The notes: generated from the sequence alone by a model not told the origin. Positions 53,481 through 63,570 are shown, counted from the stretch's first letter. The stretch: 64,000 nt of DNA from Alphaproteobacteria bacterium (GCA_965214705.1 CBDCCI010000002.1:2784001-2848000); one strand, 5' to 3'. Made by a program: numbers and translations.

Positions 53481-54134
53481 TCACCGTCTGTCGCTGATGA
53501 CGGTGTCTGCGATAGCACCTCCTCGTATGCGCACTCGCTGGAACCCGACTCGGCGAGGCGGCGATTCTGCGTTGAACCGCGGATGTCGACGATTGACCCG
53601 TATCGCGGTGACCGGATGAAGCGGATTGTTCGGGTTGGGGACCTGGCTGGTCAGGATCAGACGTTGCTCGGTTGCGCGACGCAGCAGAGCGCCGCTGGCT
53701 CTCGGATCGCGAGCCCAATCGTAGCCATGCGCACGCAGGTACTGGTCGCGGAACCATTTCAGGCCGACGAACTCCCGCGAGCGCTCAACCTCGGAAAGCG
53801 CATCGAGGAGCTGGTCCATGGCCGTCTCATGATCGAACGCGCCGGCACCGTCGGCCTCGGCCTCGGAGGCGTCCGGCCGGTGTGGGGCGAACTCGTCGTG
53901 CGGGTGATCGGACGGAACGAACTGGATCACCACCTCGCAGCTTTCCGGGTCGAAATAACTGGCGTCGGCGTCCCTGCGAACCTTCCGGCCTCCGTCCCGG
54001 CCCCGAATGCTCACCCGAGGTTCATGGCCGCCGAGCGGCAGATGCCTCAATCCCTCCAGCGCCGGCGGCAAGGCCGACGTTTTCAGGTTGGCGAGGCTTT
54101 GCTCGATATCGAATTGCAGGTCCCCAATTTGCAT
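53481..54134 (-). CDS. Putative antitoxin, unusually long (about 217 aa)
   Basis: Stops 9 bp before vapC; C-terminus RVRIRGGAIADTVISDRR resembles short antitoxin tails. Confidence 0.6.
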   Translation of the reverse strand: MQIGDLQFDIEQSLANLKTSALPPALEGLRHLPLGGHEPRVSIRGRDGGRKVRRDADASYFDPESCEVVIQFVPSDHPHDEFAPHRPDASEAEADGAGAFDHETAMDQLLDALSEVERSREFVGLKWFRDQYLRAHGYDWARDPRASGALLRRATEQRLILTSQVPNPNNPLHPVTAIRVNRRHPRFNAESPPRRVGFQRVRIRGGAIADTVISDRR

Positions 54135-54160
54135 CCCATCCATCCTCCATTTCCAACACA

Positions 54161-54195
54161 TAGATATTTTCTAGATAATATCGTGAAAATATCTA
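54161..54195. promoter_or_regulatory. 11-bp inverted repeat, candidate TA operator
   Basis: TAGATATTTTC-N13-GAAAATATCTA. Confidence 0.6.
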
Positions 54196-54328
54196 ATTTG
54201 ATGCGACAGTCAAGCGGGAGGGGGCTGCGCGCTAACGGGCGCGCAGTGAAGGGGGCCGCTCTCAAGGCGTGGGGTAACGGGCGGTGTCTTCGGCTATCCA
54301 GCGCCGCGATACGCTGCGACCTCCTGCC

Positions 54329-55087
54329 CTACTCCGCGGCTTCGGCGATGTCGTCGGCCGTGCCGAAGTGCTTGAACATGCCAGTGAAGCGCTTGCGCTC
54401 CGGCGGGCGGTAGGTCTTGCGCTTGCTGGTCTTGAGCCCGAGGTGCACCAGCAGCTCCGCCTGCTTGGTGGCGCAGACCACGCCGTCCAGCACCGGCACG
54501 CCGAGCTCAGCCTCAAGCTCTGCGGCGAAGCGGGCGAAGCCGGCGCAGCCGAGGCACACGGCCTCCGCATCGTCCTCTGCCACCGAACGGCGCACCTCGT
54601 CCCGAAGCTTTTCCATCGAGCCCTCTGGGTCACGCTCGATGTCCAGCACGTAGAGCGGCAGCGTGCGGATGGCGACGATGCGCTCCGCCATGCCATAGCC
54701 GTGCACCATCTCCTCGAGCAGGGTGCGCACGCGGGGAATGACCGAGACGATGGAGAAGCGCGCCGCCACCATGGAGGCGGTGTAGAACGAGGCCTCGGCG
54801 ATACCGACCACCGGCTTCTCGGTGACCTCGCGCGCGGCGTGAAGGCCGGGGTCGCCGTAGCAGGCGATGACGTAGGCGTCGACCCCTTCGCTCTCGCCCT
54901 TGCGCACTTCGTCGAGGACGCCGCAGGCCGCGACCTGCTCGTCGTAGTAGCTCTCGATCGACTCCGGCCCGAATTCGGGGCTCACCGCCACGATTTCGGT
55001 GCCCGCAGCGGCCACCGAGCGCGCGGCCTCGCCGATGCCCTCGGTCATCTCCAGCGTGGTGTTGGGATTGATCACCTTGATCTTCAT
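54329..55087 (-). CDS. Hydantoin/allantoin racemase (Asp/Glu racemase family)
   Basis: MKIKVINPNTT, IACYGDPG and LGCAG. Confidence 0.92.
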   Translation of the reverse strand: MKIKVINPNTTLEMTEGIGEAARSVAAAGTEIVAVSPEFGPESIESYYDEQVAACGVLDEVRKGESEGVDAYVIACYGDPGLHAAREVTEKPVVGIAEASFYTASMVAARFSIVSVIPRVRTLLEEMVHGYGMAERIVAIRTLPLYVLDIERDPEGSMEKLRDEVRRSVAEDDAEAVCLGCAGFARFAAELEAELGVPVLDGVVCATKQAELLVHLGLKTSKRKTYRPPERKRFTGMFKHFGTADDIAEAAE

Positions 55088-55211
55088 CGGTGGCTCTCCC
55101 CTTCTTGTCCCTCGTGCGCATGCCGTCGGCGGCAACGCCGCGCGGCGGTCCTCACCTGCCCTTCATCATTGGCCTTATCCGGTCCGGGCTCAACCTCGTA
55201 TCCGGTCCCGG

Positions 55212-56447
55212 TCAGCCGTGATCGGACATCGGCCGCGCGGATTTGACGCCGCCCTCGGCCCACCGCATGGCAGCGAGGGTGGCCAGTCCCGAGACGGCGA
55301 AGGCGCCGATCAAGGTGTACATGGTCCCGTCGAAGCCCTGGCCCACCAAGGCCCCCAACGGCACCGAGATGAAGGTCGCGAGCGAAGCGATGACCGCCGC
55401 TCCGACGCCCGCGATGTGGCCGAGAGGCTCCATCGCCAGCGCGTTCAGATTCCCGAACAGCAGGCTGACGCTCACGAACACGCTGAGGAGATAACACATG
55501 AAGAGCCAGAACGGCGGAAGACCATCGAAGGCGAAGGCAACCGGGCACGCGACAAGCGAAATCAACGCGATGGCGGCGGCGGCGCCCTTCGAGAGTCGGC
55601 GCATGCCGTACTTCATGACGAGGCGGCCGTTCACGATCGAGCCGACCCCGAACGAGAGCGCGAGCACGCCGAAATAGAGAGGAAAGAGGGCACCGGTCCC
55701 GTAGGAGTCCTGAAAGATCTGCTGGGCCGAGCCGAGATAGGCCACGAACGGCGTGAACACGAACCCCGTGGCGATCGTGTATCCGAGTGCGGTCCGAATT
55801 CGCAGTATTTCGCCCACGGCCTGGCCGATGGCCCGCGGCGAGAAGGGCCGCCGCTTGGCGACCGGCAGGGTTTCCGGCTGGCGCAGCGCGAACCATGCGA
55901 AGACGACCGCAGCGATGACGAGGAACGTGACGAAGATCGCGCGCCAGCCTCCCAGGATCAGGAGGCCCTGCCCGAGCGCCGGGGCGATCGTGGGAACCAT
56001 GATGAACACGGCCATCGCGAACGACATGAGCTTGGCCATCAGCCGCCCCTCGTATTGATCGCGCACGAGGGCCATGGTCACGATGCGGGGCCCCGCCACG
56101 CCGATGCCCTGCAGGACACGGCCCGCGATCATCACCTCGAACGTGGGCGCGAAAATGCTCACGAGGCATCCGATCATGAACAGGGCGAGGCCGGCATGGA
56201 CGGCGGGCTTGCGCCCGATGCTGTCGGAGAGGGGACCGAACAGCAGCTGGCCAATCCCGAGCCCCAGAAACAGGGACATGATGACCAACTGAACATCGTT
56301 CGGGCGCGAGACGTCGAAATCCCTGCCGATCGCGGGCAGCGCCGGCAGCATCGCGTCGATCGCCAGCGCGACCAGCGACATCAGCAGGCCGACGAGGGGC
56401 ACGAACTCGGCGGTGCGAAGGGCGTGGCCGCGCTCCGACTGGCTCAT
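55212..56447 (-). CDS. Bcr/CflA-family MFS transporter
   Basis: IDAMLPALP, GPLSDSIGRKP and about 12 hydrophobic segments. Confidence 0.9.
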   Translation of the reverse strand: MSQSERGHALRTAEFVPLVGLLMSLVALAIDAMLPALPAIGRDFDVSRPNDVQLVIMSLFLGLGIGQLLFGPLSDSIGRKPAVHAGLALFMIGCLVSIFAPTFEVMIAGRVLQGIGVAGPRIVTMALVRDQYEGRLMAKLMSFAMAVFIMVPTIAPALGQGLLILGGWRAIFVTFLVIAAVVFAWFALRQPETLPVAKRRPFSPRAIGQAVGEILRIRTALGYTIATGFVFTPFVAYLGSAQQIFQDSYGTGALFPLYFGVLALSFGVGSIVNGRLVMKYGMRRLSKGAAAAIALISLVACPVAFAFDGLPPFWLFMCYLLSVFVSVSLLFGNLNALAMEPLGHIAGVGAAVIASLATFISVPLGALVGQGFDGTMYTLIGAFAVSGLATLAAMRWAEGGVKSARPMSDHG

Positions 56448-56565
56448 TCTTCCCTCTCGCGTACCGCCGTGATGGTCCTTCCGCCGGTGACGGCATGTGG
56501 CGGTCGGACGGTGGGCTTAGCCCGAACTGGTTGCCAGGGGTGTGGTCTGCCTGGCGCCGTTCGAG

Positions 56566-58341
56566 CTAGGAGGCAGGGCTGCCGCGCCGGGCCGCGGTGG
56601 CAGCGCTGTCGAGCGCACCGTCTTCGCTGACCACGACGCCGTACATGCTCTCGGCTGACTCGCGCGATATGTAGCCGTCGCGCACGTCCTCGGCGACGGC
56701 CTCCACCGGGCGCTCGGCGGCAGAGCCGTAGCCGCCGCCGCAGGTGCCGGTGAGCGTCAGGCTCTCCCCGGCCTTGACCGCGCGGTTCGGCATCATCGAG
56801 GGGAAGTGAACATCCTCGCCGTCGGCCCGGTGATAGACGAGTGCCGCCTCGCGGCCCTCGGCACCGCCTTCGAAGCCCCAGGGGCGGAAGGCGTGGCCGT
56901 CGCCCTCGACCGAGATGAAGCTGTCGGCGAGGAAGGAGACCTCGCGGACGGACCCGATGCCGCCCCGCCAGCGTCCGGCCGCCGCCGCATCGTCGCGTAG
57001 CTCGTACCGGGCGATGCGGAGCGGCAGGTGGGACTCGATGTCCTCGATCGGGTTGTTGCGGGTGTTGGCGTAGAGGGTATCGACGGCGTCCATCGCGTCC
57101 TTGCCGGCGCGGCCGCCGTAGCTGCCTTCGTGGATGTCCATGTGCACCCAGTGGCCGCCGTCCTTGATGCCGGAAAAGGCGATCACCTTGAGGTTGCCGA
57201 CGCCGGCGGAGACCTTGTCGGGCACCGCCTGGGCCAGCGCCTTCATCAGCGTGTCGGCGACGATGTTGCCGGAGACGAAGCGCGCGATGGTGGGCGCCGG
57301 GAAGGTGGGATTGGCGATCGTGCCCTCCGGCGCCTTGATGGTGATCGGGCGGATCAGGCCCGAGTTCTGCGGGATTTCGCCGAAGACCTCGCTGTCCAGC
57401 AGGATCGAACGAACCGTCAGCCAGATCGCGCAGTCCACCGTGCCTTCGAGCGGCATGTTGATGGGCCGGTCGTCGCATTGCGCAGACGTGCCGGCGAGAT
57501 CCACCACCAGGTCGCTACCCTTGACGGTAACCGCGACGGCGACCTTGAAGTGGCGGCGGTCGGGGTCGTCGAGGAAGCCGTCCACGTAGCCCTCGGCCCG
57601 GTAGGTGCCGTCGGGCAGCGCCTCGATAGCCTGGCGCATGAGCCGCTCGGAATAGTCCATGAGCGCGTCGGCCGCCGCCTCCACGGTGGTCAGGCCGTGG
57701 CGCTCGATCAGCGCGAGGTAACGCTCGGCGCCGATCCGGCTGGCGGCCACCTGCGCCTCCATGTCGCCCACCACCATGTCGGGCGCCCGGATGTTGTCGC
57801 GCATCATGTACCAGAGCGGCTCGTTGACGGTGCCCCGGTCGTAGGCCTTGAGCGCCTTGAACTGGAGCCCCTCGGCGTAGGCGTCCATCGCATCGACGAT
57901 GCCGCAGCTGCCGGGGCTGAGCGCGCCGATATCGAGGTGGTGTGCGGTGGTGACCGCGTAGCCCACCAGCGCGCCATCGTGGAAGACCGGCACGATGAAG
58001 GCCACGTCCGGCCCATGGCTCGCGCCGTGATAGGCGGAGTTGTGGATGATGACGTCGCCTTCGTTGAGGGTCTGGCCGCGCTCTTCGAGGATCTGGTTCA
58101 TGCCCTTCACGTAACCGGGGATCGGGCCCGACTGCAGCGGCGTCGAGTGCTTCGATTCGCAGAGCTGGCGGCCGTGGCGGTCGATGATCGCCGCCCCGAA
58201 ATCCTCGGACTCGCGGATGATCGAGGAATACGACATGCGCATGAGCTTCCAGCCCATCTCGACCGCGATGTTCTCCAGCGCGCCCTGGATCACGCTGGCG
58301 GTGACCGCGTCGATGGGGCGGACGTTCGGCGTCTCTGCCAT
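56566..58341 (-). CDS. Hydantoinase B/oxoprolinase subunit
   Basis: SSIIRESEDF, HGPD, HHLDIG, EGLQ and GRWRGGIG. Confidence 0.92.
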   Translation of the reverse strand: MAETPNVRPIDAVTASVIQGALENIAVEMGWKLMRMSYSSIIRESEDFGAAIIDRHGRQLCESKHSTPLQSGPIPGYVKGMNQILEERGQTLNEGDVIIHNSAYHGASHGPDVAFIVPVFHDGALVGYAVTTAHHLDIGALSPGSCGIVDAMDAYAEGLQFKALKAYDRGTVNEPLWYMMRDNIRAPDMVVGDMEAQVAASRIGAERYLALIERHGLTTVEAAADALMDYSERLMRQAIEALPDGTYRAEGYVDGFLDDPDRRHFKVAVAVTVKGSDLVVDLAGTSAQCDDRPINMPLEGTVDCAIWLTVRSILLDSEVFGEIPQNSGLIRPITIKAPEGTIANPTFPAPTIARFVSGNIVADTLMKALAQAVPDKVSAGVGNLKVIAFSGIKDGGHWVHMDIHEGSYGGRAGKDAMDAVDTLYANTRNNPIEDIESHLPLRIARYELRDDAAAAGRWRGGIGSVREVSFLADSFISVEGDGHAFRPWGFEGGAEGREAALVYHRADGEDVHFPSMMPNRAVKAGESLTLTGTCGGGYGSAAERPVEAVAEDVRDGYISRESAESMYGVVVSEDGALDSAATAARRGSPAS

Positions 58342-58344
58342 GAT

Positions 58345-60423
58345 CTATCCCTCCTCGCCCAAGCGCAGGATGAGGTTCGCGCTTGTGTCGACGCGCACCG
58401 ACCAGCCGGGCGGCACCACGGTGGTGGCATCCGTTTGCAGGATGACGGCCGGGCCCGCGAACGGCGCCTCCACCGGCAGCGACTCGCGCCGATAGAAGGC
58501 GGTGTCGTAGCCTTCGAGCACGCCATCCACGCGGAAGACCGAGCGCGCGGTCTTCACCCGCGCCTGTTCCAGCGAGCCGCCGGCCGGCGCAGGCGGTGCC
58601 GCGATCTTGGGCATGCTGCCGACGCCAGTGATGCGGATGTTCACGATCTCGATGGGGCTCTCGGTGAAGCAGTGGCCGTATTCCTGCTCGTGCAGGGCAT
58701 GGAAGGCCCGCCAGACCTCCTCCAGCCCGGCTTCGTCCAGCTCGTCCGCCGGGAAGGCCACGCGCAGCTCGTAGCCCTGGCCGACGTAGCGCAGGTCGCC
58801 GGCGCGGCGCTCCTCCACCCGGTCCGCACCGAGGCCAGCGGCCTCGTACTGGGCCAGGAGGTCGCGACTCAGCCGCGCGAAGTCGCCGTTGATCCGCCCG
58901 ATATCGACCGCGCCCTTGACCTGGAAGGCGGTCATGATCTGGTCGTACTTGAGGTCGGTGGTGAGCAGGCCCGCCGCGGACGTGATGCCGGGATGGGGCG
59001 GCACCACGACCTCGGGCACGTCGAGCATCGCCGCGACCTCGGCGCCGTGCAGCGGGCCGGCGCCGCCGAAGGCCACCAGCGAGAAGTCGCGGGGGTCGAG
59101 ACCCTTCTGCACCGTCTTGGAGCGGATGGCGTTGGCCATGTTGCTGTTGACGATGGTGAGCACACCTTCGGCCGCCTCGTGCTTGTCGACGCCGAGGGTC
59201 TCGGCAAGCTCCGTCAGTGCGTCGTCGGACCGCTCGGGCGCGAGAGTCATCTCGCCGCCGAGGAAGTTGTCCGCATCCAGCCGGCCGAGCACCAGGTTGG
59301 CGTCGGTGACCGTGGGCGAGGCGCCGCCCCGGCCGTAGCAGGCGGGGCCCGGCTCCGAGCCCGCGCTCTCCGGCCCCACCTTGAAGGCGCCGCCGGCATC
59401 GGTGCGGGCAATGCTGCCGCCGCCGGCGCCGATGGTGGTGATGTCGATCATCGGCACGAGCACGGGATAGCCGCCGATCCAGGTGTCGCGCGCGGTGGCC
59501 TCGTTGTAGCGACCGTCAATCACGATACCGATGTCGGCGCTGGTGCCGCCCACGTCAAAAGTGATGAGGCGCCGCCGGTCGGAATGCTCCGCCGCCCAGG
59601 CGCCGCCCAGTACGCCGGCGGCCGGCCCCGACATCAGCGTGATGACCGGCACGTCCGCCACCATCGCGGCGGTGGCGACGCCGCCGTTCGAGCCCATGAT
59701 GTGGAGGTCGCCCGCGACGCCGGCTTGCTTCAGCCGGTCCTCGAAGCGGCGCACGTAGTTGCGCACCTTGGGGCCGATGAAGGCGTTCATCGCCGCCGTG
59801 GTGAAGCGCTCGAACTCGCGGAACTGCGGCGCGACCCGGGCCGAGGTGGTGACGAAGGCCTCGGGCCATTCCTCCAGCACGATGGCCCGCGCGCGCTCCT
59901 CATGCGTGGGGTCGATGTAGGCGAATAGGAAGCAGATGGCGACCGCCTCCACGCCCTTGTCGCGGAGCGTGCGGGCGGCCTGGCGCACGCCCTCCTCGTC
60001 CAGCGGCTCCAGCACGTCGCCCTGCGGCGGCACCCGCCGCTCCTTCACGGTGAGGCGGTGGCGGCGGCGCACCAGCGGGCGCGCCTGCCACGGGATGTCC
60101 TGCATGATCGAGTAGTTCTGCGGCCGCTGGTGACGGCCGATATGGATGATGTCGCGGTAGCCGGCCGAGGTAATCATGCCGGTCTCGGCACCGTCGTATT
60201 GGAGCACCGCGTTGGTCGAGATCGTGGTGCCGTGGAAGACGTGGGCGATGGCGTCGGGCGCCGTTCCGCTCCGCTCGCAGAGCGCGGCGATGCCCGCCGC
60301 GGCGCCCTCCGAGGGGTCGTCCGGCGTGGTGGGCACCTTGTGGATCGCGCTCTCGCGCGTCTCGCTGTCGGTAATGATGAGGTCGGTGAAGGTGCCGCCG
60401 ACATCGACGCCGATCAGCTTCAT
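58345..60423 (-). CDS. Hydantoinase A/oxoprolinase subunit
   Basis: GVDVGGTFTD, SGPAAG, DVGGTSAD, GAGGGS and PGPACYGRGG. Confidence 0.94.
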   Translation of the reverse strand: MKLIGVDVGGTFTDLIITDSETRESAIHKVPTTPDDPSEGAAAGIAALCERSGTAPDAIAHVFHGTTISTNAVLQYDGAETGMITSAGYRDIIHIGRHQRPQNYSIMQDIPWQARPLVRRRHRLTVKERRVPPQGDVLEPLDEEGVRQAARTLRDKGVEAVAICFLFAYIDPTHEERARAIVLEEWPEAFVTTSARVAPQFREFERFTTAAMNAFIGPKVRNYVRRFEDRLKQAGVAGDLHIMGSNGGVATAAMVADVPVITLMSGPAAGVLGGAWAAEHSDRRRLITFDVGGTSADIGIVIDGRYNEATARDTWIGGYPVLVPMIDITTIGAGGGSIARTDAGGAFKVGPESAGSEPGPACYGRGGASPTVTDANLVLGRLDADNFLGGEMTLAPERSDDALTELAETLGVDKHEAAEGVLTIVNSNMANAIRSKTVQKGLDPRDFSLVAFGGAGPLHGAEVAAMLDVPEVVVPPHPGITSAAGLLTTDLKYDQIMTAFQVKGAVDIGRINGDFARLSRDLLAQYEAAGLGADRVEERRAGDLRYVGQGYELRVAFPADELDEAGLEEVWRAFHALHEQEYGHCFTESPIEIVNIRITGVGSMPKIAAPPAPAGGSLEQARVKTARSVFRVDGVLEGYDTAFYRRESLPVEAPFAGPAVILQTDATTVVPPGWSVRVDTSANLILRLGEEG

Positions 60424-60607
60424 GGGCCGTCCGCTCGCTGTTGCGGCCCGGCGGCCGCAGGTGGTCGTTGCGCAATTGCCGCCGAGCGCTCTCGACGGCG
60501 GGGCAGTGTCTTATCCGCGCCCAAGCGGGTCAAGCGAGCCAACCCGACGGCCCATGCAAGGCGAGCGCGCCCCGCCTATACTGCGCGCCGTCACCACGGG
60601 GGCGAGG

Positions 60608-61984
60608 ATGGCGACGGAACAGGTGCCGCGCTGGAAACGGCGGGCCTACAACATCGCGACGCTTCGGGAAGAGTCCCGGCGCGTGCTGCCGCGCCCGGTC
60701 TTCGACTTCGTCGACGGCGGCGCGGGCGACGAGCACACGCTGCGCCGGAACGTCTCCGCCTTCAACGACGTGGACCTCTATCCCCGCCCGATCGGCGGCA
60801 CACGCGATCGCGACCTCTCGACCACGCTGCTCGGCCGGCGGCTCTCCATGCCGCTCATCGTCCCGCCCACAGGGCTTGCCGGGCTGCTGTGGCCCGGCGG
60901 CGAGGCCGCTTCGGCGCGGGCCGCGACCAAGGCCGGCTCCATCTACTGCCTCAGCCACGGTTCGGTCTGCAGCCTGGAAGAGCTGGCAGAGACAGGCATC
61001 GAGCCCCTTTGGTTCCAGACCTACATTTACAAGGACCGCGGCCTCACCCACGAGATGGCGGCACGCGCACAGGCCGCGGGCTACGAGGCGCTGATCGTGA
61101 CCGTCGATACCCAGCTCCTCGGCAACCGCGAGCGCGACATCCGCAACGGCTTCATCATCCCGCCCACCATGTCCGCCCGCGAGATCGCCAACATGGCGAC
61201 CAAGCTGCGCTGGCTGTTCCGGATGCGCAGCACGATCCCGAAGATCACCTTCGGCAACTACCGCAGGCCGGACGGCGGCGAGGACCTCACCGCGCTTGCC
61301 CAGCGCATGGTGGGACTGCCGGACCCCGGCATTCAGTGGCGCGACATCGCCGACCTGCGCGCCCTCTGGAAGGGGTCGCTCCTGCTCAAGGGCATCTTGC
61401 ACCCGGCCGATGCCGTCGAGGCGGTCGCCAACGGCGTGGACGGGATGTTCGTCTCCAACCACGGCGGCCGGCAGCTCGACGGCGTGGCCGGTGCCGTGGA
61501 TGCGCTGCCCGCCGTAGCGGAGGCAGTGGCGGGCCGCGCCGCGTTGATCCTCGACGGCGGCATCAGGCGGGGCGCCCACATCGTCAAGGCGCTGGCGCTG
61601 GGCGCGGACTGCTGCTCCATCGGCAGGCCGCAGTTCTGGGGCCTCTCGACCGCCGGCGAGGCGGGCGTGGCGCACGTGTTCGACATCTTCCGCCGCGAGC
61701 TCGACCTCACCATGGGGCTCTGCGGGCTCCCCAACATCGCCTCGATCGGGCCGGACGTGCTGGCGCGCGGCACGGCGACCGAGACGGCCCGGCTCACCGC
61801 CGCGAGCGAGGCGGTCGCGGCGGCGGCCGTGGCGGTGGCGGAGTCGGGGACTGCCGCCAACAACGGTGGCGGCGACGGCGCCGAAGAGCGTGTCGAACCT
61901 GTGCCCGAGGTGGGCGGCCCGGCGGGGCCGGAGCCGACGCGCTACGGCGACTGGGAGCGGAAGGGCCGCGCCATAGATTTTTGA
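60608..61984 (+). CDS. FMN-dependent alpha-hydroxy-acid oxidase/dehydrogenase with C-terminal DUF1674-like tail
   Basis: LGNRERD, LKGIL, SNHGGRQLD and LDGGIRRG, then a linker and EVGGPAGPEPTRYGDWERKGRAIDF. Confidence 0.88.
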   Translation: MATEQVPRWKRRAYNIATLREESRRVLPRPVFDFVDGGAGDEHTLRRNVSAFNDVDLYPRPIGGTRDRDLSTTLLGRRLSMPLIVPPTGLAGLLWPGGEAASARAATKAGSIYCLSHGSVCSLEELAETGIEPLWFQTYIYKDRGLTHEMAARAQAAGYEALIVTVDTQLLGNRERDIRNGFIIPPTMSAREIANMATKLRWLFRMRSTIPKITFGNYRRPDGGEDLTALAQRMVGLPDPGIQWRDIADLRALWKGSLLLKGILHPADAVEAVANGVDGMFVSNHGGRQLDGVAGAVDALPAVAEAVAGRAALILDGGIRRGAHIVKALALGADCCSIGRPQFWGLSTAGEAGVAHVFDIFRRELDLTMGLCGLPNIASIGPDVLARGTATETARLTAASEAVAAAAVAVAESGTAANNGGGDGAEERVEPVPEVGGPAGPEPTRYGDWERKGRAIDF

Positions 61985-62013
61985 GCGTTTCCGTCTCAGA
62001 CGGAAACGCTCAA
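61981..62013. terminator. 15-bp perfect hairpin between convergent genes
   Basis: TTGAGCGTTTCCGTC-tca-GACGGAAACGCTCAA overlapping the stop codon. Confidence 0.6.
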
Positions 62014-62125
62014 GCCATTTATCGCTCACGGCAGCCGGCCTACGGCCGGCGCCTCCGCGAGGGCGCCGCATGAGCGGCGGGCCGCAGTCGCGGCCTGTCG
62101 CGAGTCCGTCAAGGACGGCCTCGCT

Positions 62126-62764
62126 CTACGCCTCGTGGCGGGCGGACCAGCCCTCGGGATCGGCGAGGAAGGCGCGGACCTCGCCAAGCCCCCGCTCATC
62201 GATACGCCCGCTGGCGAGCGCCACTGCCAGCAGCGTATCGAGATCGCAGATGGCGGTGAGCGCGAGGCCCGCCTCTTCCAGCGCCTGTTGCGCCGATGCG
62301 CCGGCGCGCGAGAACAGCACGCTCACCCGGTCCACCTCCGCGCCCGCGTCGCGCAGCGCTTGCGCGAAGGCGAGGATGCTGCCGGCAGTCGAGATCAGGT
62401 CTTCGATCAGATGGACGCGCGCGCCGGCGACGCTGCCGCCCTCGATGCGGCCTGCGGTGCCATGCGTCTTGGCCTCGGCGCGGACGTAGACCATGGGCAG
62501 CGCCAGCCGGTCGGCGACTAGTGTGGCGAAGGGGACTCCTGCAGTGACTCCGCCGGCGATCACCGTGGCGCCCGGCTGCGGGACCGTCGCAGCCAGCGCC
62601 GCCGCTGCTTGCGAGCGGCCCTCGGGCCGCGAGAGGATCAGCCGGCAGTTCACGTAGAACGGCGCGTAGAGTCCCGACGTGAGGCGGAACGGCTCGGCCG
62701 GCCGCACCAGGAAGGCGCCGGTCTCAAGCAGGACCGCCGCGATCTCCTCCGCCGCTCGGCTCAT
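62126..62764 (-). CDS. pyrE: Orotate phosphoribosyltransferase
   Basis: PFRLTSG..P.YVNCR, YVR...K.HG and LIEDLISTAGS. Confidence 0.92.
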   Translation of the reverse strand: MSRAAEEIAAVLLETGAFLVRPAEPFRLTSGLYAPFYVNCRLILSRPEGRSQAAAALAATVPQPGATVIAGGVTAGVPFATLVADRLALPMVYVRAEAKTHGTAGRIEGGSVAGARVHLIEDLISTAGSILAFAQALRDAGAEVDRVSVLFSRAGASAQQALEEAGLALTAICDLDTLLAVALASGRIDERGLGEVRAFLADPEGWSARHEA

Positions 62765-62838
62765 CCGCGCCCCCTACCCTTCCGCTCTCCGGTCGTCCCG
62801 CGCCCGGTGCGAAGGTAAACTATTCGGGCCGGGACAGG

Positions 62839-63570
62839 ATGCTCATGCCGAACGTCTCTCTCTATTGCGCCCTCGACGCGCGCGACCGGCCTACGGTCGA
62901 GCGGCTGGCGAGCCTGCTGGCGCCAGCTGTCGGCGGCCTCAAGCTCGGGCTGGAGTATTTCTGCGCGCACGGGCCGGAGGGCGTGAGCGCGGTGCGCGCC
63001 GCCGGCCGGCCGCTCTTTCTCGATCTCAAGCTGCACGACATCCCGAACACGGTGGCAGGCGCCGTGCGCAGCGTGGTGGCGCTGGAGCCGCACTATCTCA
63101 CCATCCACACCACCGGTGGTGTCGCCATGATGCAGGCGGCGCGCGAGGCCGCGGAGGAAGGGGCTGCGCGCCAGGGCGTCGCGCCGCCCAACCTGCTGGG
63201 CGTGACCGTGCTGACCAGTCTCGACGCCGACGCATTGGCGCGCCAGGGCATCGCGGGCTCCACGCACGATCAGGTGCTGCGCCTCGCGGCGCTGGCCCAC
63301 GAGGCGGGATTGGCCGGCGTGATCGCGAGCCCGCACGAGATCGCGGCGTTGCGTGCCGTGCACGGCCCGGACTTCCACATCGTCGTCCCCGGCATTCGCC
63401 CGGCAGCGGGCGCCGGCAGCGGCAAGGGCGATCAAGCGCGGGTCGCGACGCCGGCCGACGCGGCGCGCGCCGGCGCAACGGCGCTGGTCGTGGGCCGCCC
63501 GATCACGCAGGCACCCGATCCGCTCGCCGCGGCCCGCGCCATCGCGGAGGAGATCGCGGCTGTATCGTGA
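62839..63570 (+). CDS. pyrF: Orotidine-5'-phosphate decarboxylase
   Basis: DLKLHDIPNTV, VTVLTS, PGIRP and VVGRPIT. Confidence 0.96.
   Translation: MLMPNVSLYCALDARDRPTVERLASLLAPAVGGLKLGLEYFCAHGPEGVSAVRAAGRPLFLDLKLHDIPNTVAGAVRSVVALEPHYLTIHTTGGVAMMQAAREAAEEGAARQGVAPPNLLGVTVLTSLDADALARQGIAGSTHDQVLRLAALAHEAGLAGVIASPHEIAALRAVHGPDFHIVVPGIRPAAGAGSGKGDQARVATPADAARAGATALVVGRPITQAPDPLAAARAIAEEIAAVS

Noticed and set aside
57028-59928. Long antisense ORFs (966 aa here; also 14371-16053, 21938-24364, 42137-43906)
   Set aside because: Shadow frames of real genes, expected from high-GC codon bias.
62020-62120. Cluster of small GC hairpins as a tRNA or ncRNA
   Set aside because: No T-loop or anticodon architecture; more likely REP-like intergenic sequence. 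No tRNA, rRNA or tmRNA was recognised anywhere in the window.
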